This document shows, piece by piece, positions 61,487 to 64,000 of a stretch of 64,000 nucleotides of DNA (position 1 is its first letter; each line of letters begins with the position of its first letter). Under the pieces are notes generated by a model, which searched no databases, was not told the DNA's origin, and saw nothing but the letters and a program-made list of their open reading frames with translations. The stretch spans positions 4,320,001 to 4,384,000 of the forward strand of contig OZ242374.1 of the NCBI GenBank assembly GCA_965209055.1, in the 5' to 3' direction. The translations under genes were made by a program, and so were the position numbers. This DNA is from Acidobacteriota bacterium (GTDB lineage Bacteria > Acidobacteriota > UBA6911 > RPQK01 > JAJDTT01).

Positions 61487-62662
61487 CTATCGGGCAGATC
61501 CTCGAGGCTCCTGGACACTCAGGAAGAAGAGGATGCCGGCCGCCGCCGAGAGCAACCCCACCAGTACAACGACGGCCCCGTATCCGGACCAGGAATAGCA
61601 CCAGCCCGAGACCAGGACCACCGCCGCGATTCCCATTTGCGAGAAGCAGTTTCGAAGAGCCAGGTATGAACCGCGCTCATCGGTCCCCACCAGTTGCGTC
61701 TGCAGGGTCTGCAAAGCAGTCTGACGGAAACTTACGCACAGGCTTACGGCGAAGAAGAGGCCGATGAGACCCGCTCCCCAGGGCATCGTCATCAGGCCCG
61801 AAATGGTGAGGATGAAGGCCAGGTTGGACAACAGAAACACCTTTCGCTTGGTCCAACGATCCACCACCCAACCCGAGATCAGGCTGCCCGTGACCGCGGC
61901 GATCCCCGCCACCACAAACAACCAGGAGATCTGGACCGGACTCACGCCGAAGCGGCCGATGAGGTAGCCGGAGAGATAGACCATCAGCGCCATGGTGCCC
62001 CCGGCGACGGCGAAGGAGACCAGCAGGGCGCTTCTCAGGGGACGAGCCGAGAAAAAACGGCGGTAGGCAAACCGAATCCTTCCACCCGCCGGGGCGCCTG
62101 AGCGGAAGCCGGACAGCGGCCCCCACAGCGAGGCCAGGACCGCCGCGGCCAGGAGGCACGAAGCCAGGAACACGGTCCTCCACTGCCAGCGATCGGCGAT
62201 CCAGGTTCCGGCCGGAACTCCCACGATCAAGGCGACGAAGTAGGCGCTCAGGACGATGCCTATGACCCGGCCCCGGCGACGGTAGGGAAAGATGTCTCCC
62301 ACCAGGCCGGCCGTGCAGGTCGAGATGAGTCCCGATGCCGCTCCCGTGCCGGCCCGTAGCCAGAGGAGTTGCAGATATCCCTGGGAGAAGTGGGTGACCA
62401 GAGACAGCAGGGCGAAAACCGCCAGACCCGCCCGGAGAAACGGAAGCCTTCCCCAGCGATCGGTGAAGGGGCCCACCAGCAGGTTGAATCCGCCGGCCGT
62501 CAGCGCATAGACACTGAAGAGCCGCCCCATCCCCTCCACCGAAGTCCCATAGTCCGCTTCCAGGCGCCCCAGAAGGGGGATCAGCATCTGGGCGTCGACG
62601 GCGGCCAGCAGCAGCCCTCCAAACAGTGCGGCAATGGTCCAGCGGTCACGAAACCGGCTCAT
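61487..62662 (-). CDS. MFS transporter
   Basis: GPFTDRWGR motif A, ~12 hydrophobic segments. Confidence 0.88.
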   Translation of the reverse strand: MSRFRDRWTIAALFGGLLLAAVDAQMLIPLLGRLEADYGTSVEGMGRLFSVYALTAGGFNLLVGPFTDRWGRLPFLRAGLAVFALLSLVTHFSQGYLQLLWLRAGTGAASGLISTCTAGLVGDIFPYRRRGRVIGIVLSAYFVALIVGVPAGTWIADRWQWRTVFLASCLLAAAVLASLWGPLSGFRSGAPAGGRIRFAYRRFFSARPLRSALLVSFAVAGGTMALMVYLSGYLIGRFGVSPVQISWLFVVAGIAAVTGSLISGWVVDRWTKRKVFLLSNLAFILTISGLMTMPWGAGLIGLFFAVSLCVSFRQTALQTLQTQLVGTDERGSYLALRNCFSQMGIAAVVLVSGWCYSWSGYGAVVVLVGLLSAAAGILFFLSVQEPRGSAR

Positions 62663-63357
62663 GGATGGCCGAGATGCGGGGCGCGGGGGGGAATCCTGGC
62701 ATCCGACGGACGCAGATAGTTGGCCTCCAAGCGCCGTGCGCCACCGGTCTCACCCCTCATGTGCCTCCGGTGGGCCAGGAGGCAAAGCTCCGGCAGGATG
62801 CAGTTGTCCGAACTGGCGACCCGGGACCCGGGATGCAGCGCCTGGATGGTGGTGCGGTACTGCTGCGCACCGTCGCCGACGAAGAGATGGTCTCCAGGGG
62901 GAACCCGCCTCAGGAACTCCGCGGGGGGCGCCACCTGTTCCTCGATCTCGAGGCGGACGCCCGCTTCGGGAACGGTGCGATAACAGGCTCCATAGATCTG
63001 TTGCCTTCGGGCGTCGATCATGGGAACGATCCGGCTCCGCGCCCAGCGGAAGCGGAAAGCGAGTGCTTCCAGGGTGGACAGCCCCACGGCGGGCCGATCC
63101 AGACTCTGGGCAAAGGCCTTGACCGTGGCCACGCCGATTCGCAGTCCGGTGAATGAGCCCGGACCCGCCGCCACCGCAAAACACCCCAATTCGCTGCGGT
63201 TCAACCGGAGGCCATCCAGCAGTAAATCCAGGCACGGGAGCACTTCTTCCGAATACCGCAGCGGCGCCTTCAACATGACCTGGCCGATCACTTCGGCGTT
63301 GCGGCTCAAGGCGATCCCGCCGCTGTTGGTGGCCGTATCGAGGGCCAGGATGTACAT
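62659..63357 (-). CDS. tsaB: tRNA threonylcarbamoyladenosine biosynthesis protein TsaB
   Basis: ILALDTAT, GPGSFTGLRIG, IDARRQQIY, YLRPSDA. Confidence 0.93.
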   Translation of the reverse strand: MYILALDTATNSGGIALSRNAEVIGQVMLKAPLRYSEEVLPCLDLLLDGLRLNRSELGCFAVAAGPGSFTGLRIGVATVKAFAQSLDRPAVGLSTLEALAFRFRWARSRIVPMIDARRQQIYGACYRTVPEAGVRLEIEEQVAPPAEFLRRVPPGDHLFVGDGAQQYRTTIQALHPGSRVASSDNCILPELCLLAHRRHMRGETGGARRLEANYLRPSDARIPPRAPHLGHP

Positions 63358-63426
63358 GGCAGACACTCCCGGAACTGGCGAAAATCCCGGAGTTTATTTC
63401 ACACGTTGCTGCTAAAGTAAATCATC

Positions 63427-63999
63427 GTGGAACGTCTCACCCCGATGATGAAACAGTACCATGAGATCAAGCTCCGGCACCCGGGGATCCTGCTTTTTTT
63501 CCGCCTGGGCGATTTCTACGAGATGTTCTACGAGGATGCCGTCGTCGCCAGCCGCGACCTGGAGATCACCCTCACCTCCCGGAACAGCAATGCCAAGGGT
63601 CAACCCATTCCCATGTGCGGCGTGCCCCACCACGCCATCAACACCTATCTGGGACGGCTGATCCGAAAGGGCCACAAGGTGGCATTGTGCGAGCAGGTCG
63701 AGAATCCGCGCCTGGTCAAGGGACTCGTCCGGCGCGAGGTGGTCCGCATCATCACTCCCGGGACCGTGATCGAGGAGGGGGTCCTCGACTCCAGGGAGAA
63801 CAACTACCTGGGCAGCCTCCTGCAGCACAATGACCGGGTCGGCCTCTCCTTTCTCGATCTCTCCACGGGGGAATTCTGGATCACCGAGTTCAGCGGCCGG
63901 GAGTCCTGGCAGCGGGCCCGGGAGGAGTTGGCGCTCTTTGGCCCGCGGGAACTGGTCCTGGCCGAGAAGGATGGCTCGCGGATCGGCGAAGAATTGTCG
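63427..63999 (+). CDS. mutS: DNA mismatch repair protein MutS, 3'-truncated by window edge (not in ORF track)
   Basis: Manual translation from GTG 63427: VERLTPMMKQYHEIK...FFRLGDFYEMFYEDA...PMCGVPHH...VAlCEQ...RIITPGT. Confidence 0.93.
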   Translation, partial: MERLTPMMKQYHEIKLRHPGILLFFRLGDFYEMFYEDAVVASRDLEITLTSRNSNAKGQPIPMCGVPHHAINTYLGRLIRKGHKVALCEQVENPRLVKGLVRREVVRIITPGTVIEEGVLDSRENNYLGSLLQHNDRVGLSFLDLSTGEFWITEFSGRESWQRAREELALFGPRELVLAEKDGSRIGEELS

Positions 64000-64000
64000 G

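Overview
GC-rich bacterial chromosome segment, most consistent with Acidobacteriota (16S signature stretches judged by eye, Tol-Pal cluster with extended Pal). Left end: partial iolD, an NRAMP-like transporter, several exported glycosidase-like/cupin proteins around tRNA-Arg(ACG), and glutamine-dependent NAD synthetase. The most striking feature is an rRNA locus whose ~2.0 kb 16S-23S spacer has no recognisable tRNA. Instead it holds an intact glutamine synthetase gene with its own sigma70-like promoter, a separate promoter/boxB/boxA leader for 23S-5S, and an antisense sigma54-type motif. Next come housekeeping genes (mutL, aspS, hisS, accA, dnaE, guaA, uppP), then two tandem secreted proteins with variable 24-aa VLR-like LRR arrays (11 vs 9 repeats). 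A nitrogen/anaplerosis cluster follows (glnD-glnB converging on a second glnA-glnE-pyc), then miaB, recN, tolQRAB-pal-cpoB, ssb, an HtrA-like protease, MFS, tsaB and partial mutS. A small MITE-like repeat family sits at the stop codons of iolD and ilvN. All calls were made by eye; no searches were run.
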